A stretch of DNA of 64,000 nt, taken from NCBI RefSeq assembly GCF_004011805.1, contig NZ_ML137196.1, positions 369,024-433,023 of the forward strand, given 5' to 3'. The notes under the pieces were generated by a model. The model was not told the origin of the DNA. It made no database searches and worked only from the letters and a program-made list of their open reading frames with translations. This DNA is from Piscinibacter defluvii (GTDB lineage Bacteria > Pseudomonadota > Gammaproteobacteria > Burkholderiales > Burkholderiaceae_C). The position numbers and the translations under genes are program-made. Shown here piece by piece: positions 31,433 through 40,194 of this stretch (position 1 is the stretch's first letter; every line of letters begins with the position of its first letter).

Positions 31433-32569
31433 TCACCGGAGCTTCACGAGACCGTTGAGCACCTGGTCCAGACCTCCGAACACGGAGATCTTGTCGATGC
31501 GCTCGGCCACGCGTTCCAGCGTCTCGAGCTCCTTGAGCCGCAGGGCGACGGGGTTGTCCTCCATCACCTTGGCGGTGTTCAGCAGCGAGCGGGTGGCTGC
31601 CGTCTCCTCGCGCCGGCGGATCACGTTGGCCTCGGCCGACTTGCCGGCCTCGACCACCCGGGCGAGGATGGTCTTCATCTCGCCCGGCAGCACGATGTCC
31701 TTCACGCCCACGCCGTCGAGCTGCAGACCGTAGTCCGCCAGCTTCGCCTTGACCTGGGCAGTGACGACCTCGTCGATCACCGTCTTGTTCTCGAGCAGCT
31801 CGTCGAGCGAGCGCGTGCCCACGGCGGCGCGCAGGCCGAACTGCAGCTCGCGGTACAGGTGGTCCGCGGGCTTGGCGAGTTCCTTGTGCGCCTTCAGCAC
31901 ATCGGTGTAGCGCCAGGTGGCCGAGAGGTTCAGCCGCAGGGCCACCTTGTCGCGGGTCAGGATTTCCTGGCCCGCCACTTCGACGGTCTGCAGCCGCAGG
32001 TCGACCAGCTCCACCGCCACGTTGCGGTTGAACTTCCAGAACGCGTAGGAACCGGGGCCGAGCAGACGCTCGACCTTGCCGTCGATCCACAGGATGCCGG
32101 CGGCGTGTTCGCTCACCTGCACCTGCAGCACGTAGTTCAGGCCGGTCATGCCGCGCAGGCGCATCGGAGACTGCACCAGCCGCGCCGCGAGCGCGGGCGC
32201 CAGCTCGGCGCTGTCGGCGATGTCCACCACGTCCACCTGCACGTCGACCAGGCCCTTCCAGTACAGGCGCCGGGTGCCCGGCGCGAGCAGCTCGACCAGC
32301 GTGCCGTTCTCGCTGCGCAGGCCGACCTGGTGTTCCGCGAGCTCGACGCGCACGAACTCGGCGGCCACCACCTCGGGCTCCTTGGCCATGAGGTAGTCCG
32401 CCAGGGCGTGCGTGAACACCGCCTGCTCCAGCGCGAAGAGTTCCACGCGCAGGGTGTCGAGGCCGTCGAACAGCCAGTGCGTGCCGGGCTGCAGCACGCG
32501 CTCGAAATCGCCATTGCGCAGCAGCAGGCCGCGCTCGTTCTTCTTCACGGTGACGCGCTTGAACTTCAT
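31433..32569 (-). CDS. SPFH/band-7 domain protein
   Basis: MKFKRVTVKKNERGLLLRNGDFERVLQPGTHW... followed by a long coiled-coil-like C-terminal region, typical of stomatin/flotillin-like SPFH proteins. Confidence 0.75.
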   Translation of the reverse strand: MKFKRVTVKKNERGLLLRNGDFERVLQPGTHWLFDGLDTLRVELFALEQAVFTHALADYLMAKEPEVVAAEFVRVELAEHQVGLRSENGTLVELLAPGTRRLYWKGLVDVQVDVVDIADSAELAPALAARLVQSPMRLRGMTGLNYVLQVQVSEHAAGILWIDGKVERLLGPGSYAFWKFNRNVAVELVDLRLQTVEVAGQEILTRDKVALRLNLSATWRYTDVLKAHKELAKPADHLYRELQFGLRAAVGTRSLDELLENKTVIDEVVTAQVKAKLADYGLQLDGVGVKDIVLPGEMKTILARVVEAGKSAEANVIRRREETAATRSLLNTAKVMEDNPVALRLKELETLERVAERIDKISVFGGLDQVLNGLVKLR

Positions 32570-32835
32570 GTGACTTCTCCTTGTTCTCGTGCGTGCATTG
32601 AATGGGTGCCGTTACAGCGACGGCCGCGGACGCCGGGTGCCCGGGCCCGGGTCCACGCTGCGCGTCGCTCGCCTCCTCCCTGAAGGCGAGCTCGGCTGGG
32701 CGTGGATGCGGAGCCCCGCGTGCCCGGCGCACGGGCAGCTGCCGCTGATGCACGCCCGGGCGATCGTTCGGAGGGCCCTTGGTGCACGTCCGGCGGTGGT
32801 CTTTCGACCGCTTGTTTCTGGATTGGCAGTCCAGG

Positions 32836-32910
32836 TGTTGGAGCGGGAGTCGAACCCGCGACAGGCGCCCGATCGGGCGCTGCTCTACCACTGAGCTAAC
32901 CAACGGTGGC
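32836..32910 (-). ncRNA. tRNA-like element with canonical D- and T-arms but a palindromic 6-nt anticodon loop (possible pseudo-tRNA or regulatory tRNA-like RNA)
   Basis: Minus strand reads ...GTTGGTTAGCTCAGTGGTAGAGCA-GCGCC-CGATCG-GGCGC-CTGTC-GCGGGTTCGACTCCCGC-TCCAACACC. The D-arm (TAGCTCAGTGGTAGAGC) and T-arm (GCGGG-TTCGACT-CCCGC, identical to the neighbouring tRNA-Asp) are canonical. The anticodon arm is a perfect 16-nt palindrome with a 6-nt loop lacking U33. The acceptor stem has two mismatches. Confidence 0.5.
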
Positions 32911-33275
32911 ATCCGTCGCTTCCGGCAGGCGGCATGGGCGGCACCGACGGACGGATCCGGGTGCCGCACACCGGCGGGGTTCACGAACCCCGGGCCTGTG
33001 AGCCTTTGCCTTTGGCGATGGATTCTTGGGCGCCCGAACGTCGTCAGTTCAGGCGCGATCCGATGCGCGACGACTTCGGCAGCCGCGCAGCGTGGCCAGC
33101 GGACCGCGGCCTTCGGCCCACGCCACCGCGCCCGTGGCCACGTGAACCGCTGCCTGCTCGAGCGAGATCCACGCCTGCGGCGTGCCCTGGATGTCGAGTT
33201 GCAGCACGTGGCTGTGGTGGTGTTGGTGGTGCATGGTCGGCCTCCCTTCCGGGCCGTGACGTTGGGGATGGGATC

Positions 33276-33351
33276 TGGCACGTCCGGATGGATTCGAACC
33301 ACCGGCCTCGACCTTCGGAGGGTCGCGCTCTGGCCGCTGAGCTACGGACGT
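33276..33351 (-). tRNA. tRNA-Arg (anticodon CCG)
   Basis: Manual cloverleaf: ACGTCCG-TA-GCTC-AGCGGCCA-GAGC-G-CGACC-CTCCGAA-GGTCG-AGGCC-GGTGG-TTCGAAT-CCATC-CGGACGT-G-CCA. All stems are Watson-Crick and the CCA is encoded. Confidence 0.85.
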
Positions 33352-33483
33352 ATGCAGGGCCGGCCCCGGTGAGGCCACATCCCGCAGCGCTTCCATCGAG
33401 CTGCGGCCACACCCAGGCACATGCCGGCCGTTGGTCCCGGTGGCAGGTGTCGAACCGTCATCGGCTCTTCCGCCCGCCCGATC

Positions 33484-33559
33484 TGGCGCCTCGTGCGGGA
33501 GTCGAACCCGCGGCTTCCGGCGCGACAGGCCGGCACTCTGGCCACTGAGTCAACGAGGC
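33484..33559 (-). tRNA. tRNA-Asp (anticodon GTC)
   Basis: Manual cloverleaf: GCCTCGT-TG-ACTC-AGTGGCCA-GAGT-G-CCGGC-CTGTCGC-GCCGG-AAGCC-GCGGG-TTCGACT-CCCGC-ACGAGGC-G-CCA. All stems pair. Confidence 0.85.
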
Positions 33560-34052
33560 ATTCATTCCATCCGGTGACGGGTTCCGGCGCCGCCCAATCG
33601 TTGCGGCCGATTTCCACCCCTGAAGCGTGAGCTCGACAGGGGCTTCCTGAACTGGTGTCGCGTGCGGGACGGCTCGGGCTGAGCCCGGCCTTCGGCCCTG
33701 GACGAACACGACGAAACGCAAGAGTCCACTTCGGCTGTGCCCAAACGCGAGCATCCCGTCGGATGTGGTGTCTCGCTGCACGTGGTCTGGCCAGGGACCG
33801 CGCACATCCCGGGCCACCAACACCATGTCGCGTGGCCTCGGAGTGCATGGACACACCCGAAGTGGGTCTGCGCAGACGCCAGTGCGTCGCAGTGGACGAA
33901 CCGGTGCCTGGCAGACGGTGCAAGACGTTTCCCCGGCCAGTACCGAGGTCGTCTTGCGGCAGGTTGTTAAAGAGCATCCACCGATGCCGGTGGTGGCGAT
34001 CCCTCGGACCGCCGGGCCGGTGCCAACGCGCCGGCCGGTTGAAGTGACAACG

Positions 34053-34085
34053 AAAAAGGCCCGGAACCTGTCGGATTCCGGGCCT
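34053..34085 (-). terminator. putative rho-independent terminator (hairpin ggcccggaa...ttccgggcc followed by a T-run on the minus strand)
   Basis: The plus strand reads aaaaa-ggcccggaacctgtcggattccgggcc. On the minus strand this is a GC stem followed by TTTTT. It lies in an 800-bp non-coding region upstream of the tRNA block. Confidence 0.4.
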
Positions 34086-34369
34086 CTGCGAACAGAGCGT
34101 GGAAGGCGTGCGCCTAGGCGCTTCCTTCCCCTGGAATCAACGGCCATTCCTGCCGATCGAGACGAGCACACGCTGGCACGGCCCTGCCCGCCGGCGCCGC
34201 AAACGACGCGACGAACGCGACCCGTCCCTGCAAGGGCCGGTGGGTTCGGTACATGTGGCGCGCGTTCACGACGAGTTCCTTGGGGTTCGACGGGTGGCTC
34301 GGAGGAGCCGGGTTCACGATGGGGGCGGACTGTAAAGAGTCTTTACCCCATCGTCAACCCCCTGCGACA

Positions 34370-34807
34370 ATGGGGTCCGAACGCGTTGCATGCCGCCCAC
34401 GATCCGTGTCCAACATCACCCTCACCCGCCGACAGAACGCCCTCGCCCTGTTCCAGGAGTTCGCCGAGAAGGCGCTCGCCGCAGGTGCGGCGCCCAAGGG
34501 ACTCGAGCAGGCCTTCGCCGCGACGCTGCAGATTTCGCCGAGCATGTGGAGCCAGATCAAGGCGTCGCGCCCGATCGGCGACAAGCTGGCACGACAGATC
34601 GAAGCCGCCTGCGGCCGGCCGGCGGGTTGGCTCGACGCGGTGCGCAAGCCCGCGCTGCCGTCGGCCGCCGAGACGGCGTTCCTCGAGCTCGCGCTGGCCG
34701 CCTGGCGCGCCACCAACAGCGCGGGGCGCAAGGCGCTGCGCGAGCAGCTGAAGACGATCGCGGCGTCAGAACACCGTGGGCCGGCCGTCTCGGACCTTCA
34801 GTCGTAG
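34370..34807 (+). CDS. small putative DNA-binding (HTH-like) protein, hypothetical
   Basis: MGSERVACRPRSVSNITLTRRQNALALFQEFAEKALAAGAAPKGLEQAFAATLQISPSMWSQIKASRPIG... is a helix-rich, about 145-aa protein. The start is uncertain. Confidence 0.4.
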   Translation: MGSERVACRPRSVSNITLTRRQNALALFQEFAEKALAAGAAPKGLEQAFAATLQISPSMWSQIKASRPIGDKLARQIEAACGRPAGWLDAVRKPALPSAAETAFLELALAAWRATNSAGRKALREQLKTIAASEHRGPAVSDLQS

Positions 34808-35298
34808 GGCGTGCCGTCCTTGCGCGTGAAGACCCAGGCGCCGTCGCGCGACAGCGCGACGAGGTCGTCGTCAGGGTACGACGCGCTGTCGCCCGGCAGG
34901 CGGTCGCCGACCTCGAGGTAGACCGCCGGCGCGGCGCTGCGGTTGATCAGGTGATGCGCATCACCCGTGCCGGCGCGGAAGCCTGCGCACATGCCCGCGC
35001 GCAGCCGCGTGCTGCCGCGATCGGTGACCAGGTCGATCTCACCTTCGAGCACGTAGACGAACTCGTCCTGCACCGCATGGGCATGGCGCAGCGCCGAGCA
35101 GGCGCCCGGCGCCAGGCGCGTCAGGTTGACGCCGAAGTTGCGCAGCCCGAAGGCGTCGCCCAGCGCCCGCTTCTCGCGGCCATGCATTCGGCGCGCGAAC
35201 TCCGGCGGGTACGCCGACTGACGGGCCCGCGGCGCCACCTCGGCCGCCACCAGGGCCACCGGACGGGGTGATGCGCCGGTGCGATCGTCCTCTGCCAT
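34798..35298 (-). CDS. cupin domain protein
   Basis: MAEDDRTGASP...HAHAVQDEFVYVLEGEIDLVTDRGS...GDAHHLIN is the cupin beta-barrel two-His motif pattern. About 166 aa. Confidence 0.7.
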   Translation of the reverse strand: MAEDDRTGASPRPVALVAAEVAPRARQSAYPPEFARRMHGREKRALGDAFGLRNFGVNLTRLAPGACSALRHAHAVQDEFVYVLEGEIDLVTDRGSTRLRAGMCAGFRAGTGDAHHLINRSAAPAVYLEVGDRLPGDSASYPDDDLVALSRDGAWVFTRKDGTPYD

Positions 35299-35479
35299 GT
35301 CGACTTCCCTCCTGCTCGTCACGAGGCCGCCATCATCGCCGCACCCGACCCTCATCCGCACAGGCTGACCACCGCCAGCCACTCCAGCAGCCGCGCAGGC
35401 TGCGTGTAGGCGCCCAGTGTCGCCGCCGCGGCCACCAGCGCCGCGGCCAGCAGGAACAGGCCCAGTGCGCCGCGCGGGT

Positions 35480-36730
35480 TCACACCTGCCCCGCCGCCAG
35501 CCGCGCGCGCAGCGCGACCGGCCGGTCGTCGATCGGCCAGTGCAGCGCGGCCGACAGCAGGCCGAGCGCCAGCGCGATCCACCACACGAGTTCGTAGGAG
35601 CGATGGTGGTCGAACACCCAGCCGCCGATCCACACGCCCAGGAACGAACCGAGCTGGTGGCCGAGGAACACCAGGCCGAACAGCGTGGAGAGGTGACGCA
35701 CGCCGAAGATCTGCGACACCAGCCCGTTGGTGAGCGGCACGGTACCCAGCCACAGGAAACCCATCACCGCGCAGAAGGCATAGACCGTGGCGGGCGTGGG
35801 CGGCGTGGCGACGAACAGGCCGATCGCCGCGGTGCGCACGAGGTACAAGCCACTGAGCAGGTACCGGCGCCGGACCAGGGCGCCGAGGTGGCCGCAGCAG
35901 TAGGTGCCGGCGATGTTGGCCAGCGCGATCACCGCCAGGCCGGTGACGGCCACCCGCGGCGCCACGCCCTGGTCGAGCAGGTAGGCCGGCAGGTGGGTGG
36001 CGATGAAGGCGAGGTGGAAGCCGCAGCTCAGGAAGCCCAGGTTCAGCAGCAGGAAGCCGCGATGCCGCAGGGCGATGGCCACCACCTCGCGCAGGCTGGC
36101 CGCCGGCTCGACCGCGGCGCCGGGCACCGCGGCGGGCTGCAGGGCGGCGCGGTCGTCGAGGCCGCGCACGGCCGGCAGCGCGAGCAGCAGCAGGCCGGCC
36201 AGCACCATCAGCGCCTGCTGCCAGCCGATGGTGGCCAGCAGTGCCTGCGTGAGCGGCACGCCGACGAACTGGAAGGTGCCGGCCACTGCGCCGGTCAGCC
36301 CGAGCACCCAGCCGCGCTCCGGCGCCGGCGCGATGCGGCTGAGCGCGCCGTACACCATGCCGAACGCGGTGCACGACTGGGCCAGCCCGATCAACAGCCC
36401 GGCCGCGAGGTGAAACTGCAGCGGCGTGCCGGCGCGCCCCATCAGCAGCACGCCGGCGGCGTAGAGCAGCAGGCCGGCCAGCAGCACGCGGCGCGAGCCG
36501 AAGCGGTCGGCGATCGCACCGGTGAAGGGCTGGGCCAGGCCCCAGCACAGGTTCTGCACGGCCAGCGCGAAGGCGAAGGTCTCGCGCGACCAGCCGCGCT
36601 CCAGGGTCATCGGCAGCAGGAACAGGCCCTGCACGTGACGGAAGCCCACCGAGGCGCCCATCACCAGGCCGCCGCAGGCGACGGCCCACAACAGCGCCGA
36701 CCGCGTGGAGGTGTCGGTTCGAATCGTCAT
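35480..36730 (-). CDS. MFS transporter
   Basis: The product has 12 predicted hydrophobic segments, and the GAIADRFGSRRVLLAGLLL motif between TM2 and TM3 is the MFS signature. 416 aa. Confidence 0.85.
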   Translation of the reverse strand: MTIRTDTSTRSALLWAVACGGLVMGASVGFRHVQGLFLLPMTLERGWSRETFAFALAVQNLCWGLAQPFTGAIADRFGSRRVLLAGLLLYAAGVLLMGRAGTPLQFHLAAGLLIGLAQSCTAFGMVYGALSRIAPAPERGWVLGLTGAVAGTFQFVGVPLTQALLATIGWQQALMVLAGLLLLALPAVRGLDDRAALQPAAVPGAAVEPAASLREVVAIALRHRGFLLLNLGFLSCGFHLAFIATHLPAYLLDQGVAPRVAVTGLAVIALANIAGTYCCGHLGALVRRRYLLSGLYLVRTAAIGLFVATPPTPATVYAFCAVMGFLWLGTVPLTNGLVSQIFGVRHLSTLFGLVFLGHQLGSFLGVWIGGWVFDHHRSYELVWWIALALGLLSAALHWPIDDRPVALRARLAAGQV

Positions 36731-36859
36731 GCCCGCAGTCTGCGGGCGGGCGGCGCGTCGTTCAAACGACGAATCGAGCCGCTGACATGCGCTGCGCGCA
36801 TGCGAACGGCGCCTGCGTCCGGGCGCATCGGTCAGCCGGCGTGGCGCAATCGGCCCGGC

Positions 36860-37516
36860 CTAGGCCTGGATGAGCAGGACGCTCTTCTCGCGCTGGATTT
36901 CCAGGGGCGTGTACGTCTCCACGCCGACGATGCGCGCTCGGCCCTGGCGGCAGAAGGCCTCGTAGTCCGCGATCGTCCGCCAGCGGCAATGGGGCGAGTG
37001 GCTCGGCTCGGAGGTCAGGTTCTCGACGATGTACAGATGGCCGCCCGGCTGCGTGTGCGCCAGCAGCGCCGCGAGCGAGCGCTGCCACTCCTCGTCGTCG
37101 ACCACGTGGTACAGCACATCGATGCACAGGACGGCAGCGAACGCCTCGCCGAGGTCCAGCGTCGCCAGCGGCGACTGCACGTAGGCGACCCGGTCGCGCC
37201 CGTAGGCGTTCTCGATCGCGTCCTGCGACACGTCGCAGCCGACGCAGTCGAAACCGGTCTGCGCCAGCAGCATGGTCAGGTAGCCGCGCCCGCATCCGGC
37301 ATCGAGCACACGCGCCCCGCGCGACACGCCGAGGCGGCCGAGCAGGTAAGCGAGCAGGAGCGCCTTCTGGTGGATCTGCCTCTCGTTGGCTTCGCCCGTC
37401 AGCGAGACATTGCCGACGCCCCGGAAATCGGCACCGAACTTCCGGTGCCGCGCCTGCCAATAGGCGTGGGCGTCGAATGCCGGCGGCTCGGAGGCACCGC
37501 GCTTCGTCCCGCTCAC
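36860..37516 (-). CDS. class I SAM-dependent methyltransferase
   Basis: VLDAGCGRGYLTMLLAQTGFDCVGCDVS is Rossmann motif I (glycine-rich), followed by motif II/III spacing. 218 aa. Confidence 0.8.
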   Translation of the reverse strand: MSGTKRGASEPPAFDAHAYWQARHRKFGADFRGVGNVSLTGEANERQIHQKALLLAYLLGRLGVSRGARVLDAGCGRGYLTMLLAQTGFDCVGCDVSQDAIENAYGRDRVAYVQSPLATLDLGEAFAAVLCIDVLYHVVDDEEWQRSLAALLAHTQPGGHLYIVENLTSEPSHSPHCRWRTIADYEAFCRQGRARIVGVETYTPLEIQREKSVLLIQA

Positions 37517-37668
37517 CGGTGGTTACCGACTTTGGCCATGGATCGCAGGATAACCGAGCGCCCTCGCGGTGCCGCGCAGCGAAGTGCGCCGGCGCGCAGT
37601 ACGCAAGACGGCGACCCGGCAAACCAGTGCTGCAGCCAGGTCGGCCCCGTCCAGGTTGATCGGAGCGC

Positions 37669-38870
37669 TCATTCCTGGGCCAGGCCTTGGCGGAATGCCG
37701 TGGCGTGCCGCTTGATCCCGCCGGAGACCGCTGCCCACAGCTTGGCTGGGAAACTGTCAGGCAATTCGCTCTCGACCGTCTCGAGCACGCGCTCCGTGGC
37801 CTCGATCATTCCGGACATGCGTGCCCAGATCTCATCCCCCGCCGAGTTTGCCAGCCGACGCCAGTGCTGCGGCTGGATGTCGCGCAGCCGATGGTGCATG
37901 TTGCCGGCCTTCACGCCCATCGCCAGCCTGGCGCGCGGGTAGGGCACGAGATTCGGTCCGTCGCCGATGATGGGCCAGGCCGACAGCACGTCGTGGAGCG
38001 GGGTCAGTTGAAACCGGCCGCCCCGGCGGTGCTGGATCGAGAAGTTCTTGGCGTGCCCGTCGGTCGCCGCGAGCAACCAGAACACGAACTGCGCCAGGAC
38101 GAAGATGGCACGGTCTTCGTCGGCGCTCTCGCTGCTGGCCAGCACCGCCAGGCAGTCCTGCATCGACGGTCCCCCGTCGCTCTGGTACTTGCGCTCCGGT
38201 CCGATGCCGAGCGCCTGGCAGAAGTCCTCCTGGGGCAGCCGCGCGATCCAGGCACCCTCGGACGGCTTGAAGCGTGCCTTCGTTTCCGCGCCGCTGTCGA
38301 TGCCGACCCAGCGGCGATCGAAGCGGGTGACGACGAGCACCTTGGTCTCGCCGAAGCGGGCCATCTCCGTCTCCGCGACCGGTAGCCCGAAGGCGCGCAG
38401 GATGCGGCTGCAGAGCCACTCGTTCTCCACCGAGGTGCTCATATCGGCCCGCATGTTGCCGACCAGGCCCAGCGGCAGCTTCAGGATGTGGGTGGTCGGT
38501 GTCGCGCCGTGCGGGCGATGCCAGCGGCGCCCGATGCGCAGCAGCGCCGTCTTCTCCTGCGCGCCGGCGATCGACAGCCGCAGCTCGTCCTCCGCGCCCA
38601 GGCCGAGCGGGGCGTCGGACGTGACCGCGGCGAGCGTGCGCCCGACCTGCCCCTCGTCGAGCGGCTCCGCCTCGACGCGGTTCCAGCCGTCGGGGCGATC
38701 GCCGGGCGGCAGCAGTTGCACCGCCCCCACGCAGTCTCGCCCGATGGCTGCGAGCAGGTCGAAAGCCTCGGTCGAGCGTGACCTCGCAACGTTCGTGGAA
38801 CGTGCGCTGTCGCTGGACGTGCTGCTTGGCGCAACGGGCCACTCCGAACAAGCCAGCGTCGCGAGAGACG
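37669..38870 (-). pseudogene. hipA-family kinase pseudogene (N-terminal region frameshifted or diverged)
   Basis: The ORF 37669..38730 starts at MGAVQLLPPGD..., which aligns with the middle of the full-length HipA at 40195..41550 (...DCVGAVQLLPPGAEPGGWNRVDAQPL...SIAGAQEKTALLR...DGHAKNFS). The in-frame upstream sequence continues as EAFDLLAAIGRDCV without an ATG. The further-upstream HipA-like residues (RTFHER) are in a different frame. Confidence 0.7.
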
Positions 38871-39013
38871 CAGCAAGTCACGTGAACGTCGTGCTGGGCA
38901 TGGACCACCTGAAGCACCGCGCCGCGGCGTTGGCTCAACACACGCTGAAGCACTGATTGCCAGGGCGGATCGGCGCGCTCGCGCCGATCCGCCCACACCA
39001 CCAATGACCCGCA

Positions 39014-39760
39014 ATGCAAATGTCTGACACACATATCCAACACGCGCGTCCTGTCGAAGTTGCAGCCGTGATGTACGCGTTCGTCTACTACTTCATCGTC
39101 AGCACCGAGCTCCACCTGCTCGGTGATGAGCACGGAGGCCGCGACTGCGTCGATACGCTCGACACGGAAGACACGCAGGGCCTCCGACAAGCCCTGGCCT
39201 ACGCTGAACTGGTCGTCGCCGACTTCGGTCGAGCGCCGACGACCCTGCCCGAACTCATCGAGCGAATTCGGGTAGTGGCCGACAATCTCCGCAGCGACGC
39301 ATCCATTCATGGACGGGCCAATCTAGCCCTGCAAGACGCGTTCAGTCACGCGTTCGACAGAGCCGGCGAACTCATGCGAGCCGGACCGGGGCAACGCAAG
39401 CCACCGCAGCAGACTGAAGGCCCAGACTCCGACCGCCCGCTGAGAGCGCTGCGCCGCTGGTCGCGCTACTACCTGGACAGGTTCGAGCAGTTGGTCGACT
39501 TCCTGGCTGGCCCTGATGGTTCGCTGGACGAAGACGCCGTCCGCGCTGTGTTCGCTTGCACCGACATCGGCATGGGCATGCTGTATCACTTGGGCGGACA
39601 CCTTCTGCACGCCGAAACGAACCCCTTCGGACTGGTGCGAGAACTGAATGACCAGTTGCGGAGCTCCGCCGTAGAGGACGGTGGCCATCACGTTGAACGG
39701 ACTCTGACCTGCGTCTACGATTGCGCGCTGGTCGCACTGGATGAAGGTGTAGGCGCGTAG
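39014..39760 (+). CDS. hypothetical protein (248 aa)
   Basis: This ORF lies in an AT-richer stretch and has plausible composition (MQMSDTHIQHARPVEVAAVMYAFVYYFIVSTELHLLGDEHG...). No recognisable domain. Confidence 0.35.
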   Translation: MQMSDTHIQHARPVEVAAVMYAFVYYFIVSTELHLLGDEHGGRDCVDTLDTEDTQGLRQALAYAELVVADFGRAPTTLPELIERIRVVADNLRSDASIHGRANLALQDAFSHAFDRAGELMRAGPGQRKPPQQTEGPDSDRPLRALRRWSRYYLDRFEQLVDFLAGPDGSLDEDAVRAVFACTDIGMGMLYHLGGHLLHAETNPFGLVRELNDQLRSSAVEDGGHHVERTLTCVYDCALVALDEGVGA

Positions 39761-40194
39761 CCCTTCGAAGCGTCCCTCACGTGGCCCCGCGGCAGCTGTC
39801 GCGGGGCCACGCTTGCCTTGGTGGCCCCGAACCGATAACCATGCCCCGTCGCAGAGTTGACGCACGCGCATCCGATAGCATCGGCGCCCCCCCCGCCCGG
39901 AAACCTTGGCCATCTGAGCGTCACCCTGCGCTGCAGCGACGGGGGCAGCACCTATGGGCTGCCTAGGGCGTCGATCAGGCTAACGGCAGCTTCCGCGACC
40001 TTTGACTTGGGCGCTATCGTCTCTGTAGGAGAGTCGCAGCCACTTGAACAGCCCGCGAGGCAGCTGCTTTCACTCCTGATGCCGCCGCCTCGTCGACTCA
40101 TTCAACTGTTGCAGGCACTGGAAGCCAACTCTGCAGTCGTCTTGGTCGAATGAGACGCCCGTAGGCTGTGCATCTCTGCGATGCGACGTCTTTC

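Noticed and set aside
30267-33302. 1011-aa minus-strand ORF spanning rtcB-adjacent genes and the tRNAs
   Set aside because: It crosses tRNA genes and is R/A/G/P-rich. The real genes in this stretch are in other frames.
38048-38956. 302-aa plus-strand ORF antisense to the decayed hipA
   Set aside because: It overlaps the HipA-homologous frame. Only its last about 60 codons look protein-like, with no start, so I treat it as noise or a minor remnant.
39323-39913. 196-aa minus-strand ORF antisense to the hypothetical gene 39014..39760
   Set aside because: No motifs, and it overlaps a plus-strand ORF of better composition. At most one of the two is real, and both remain low-confidence.
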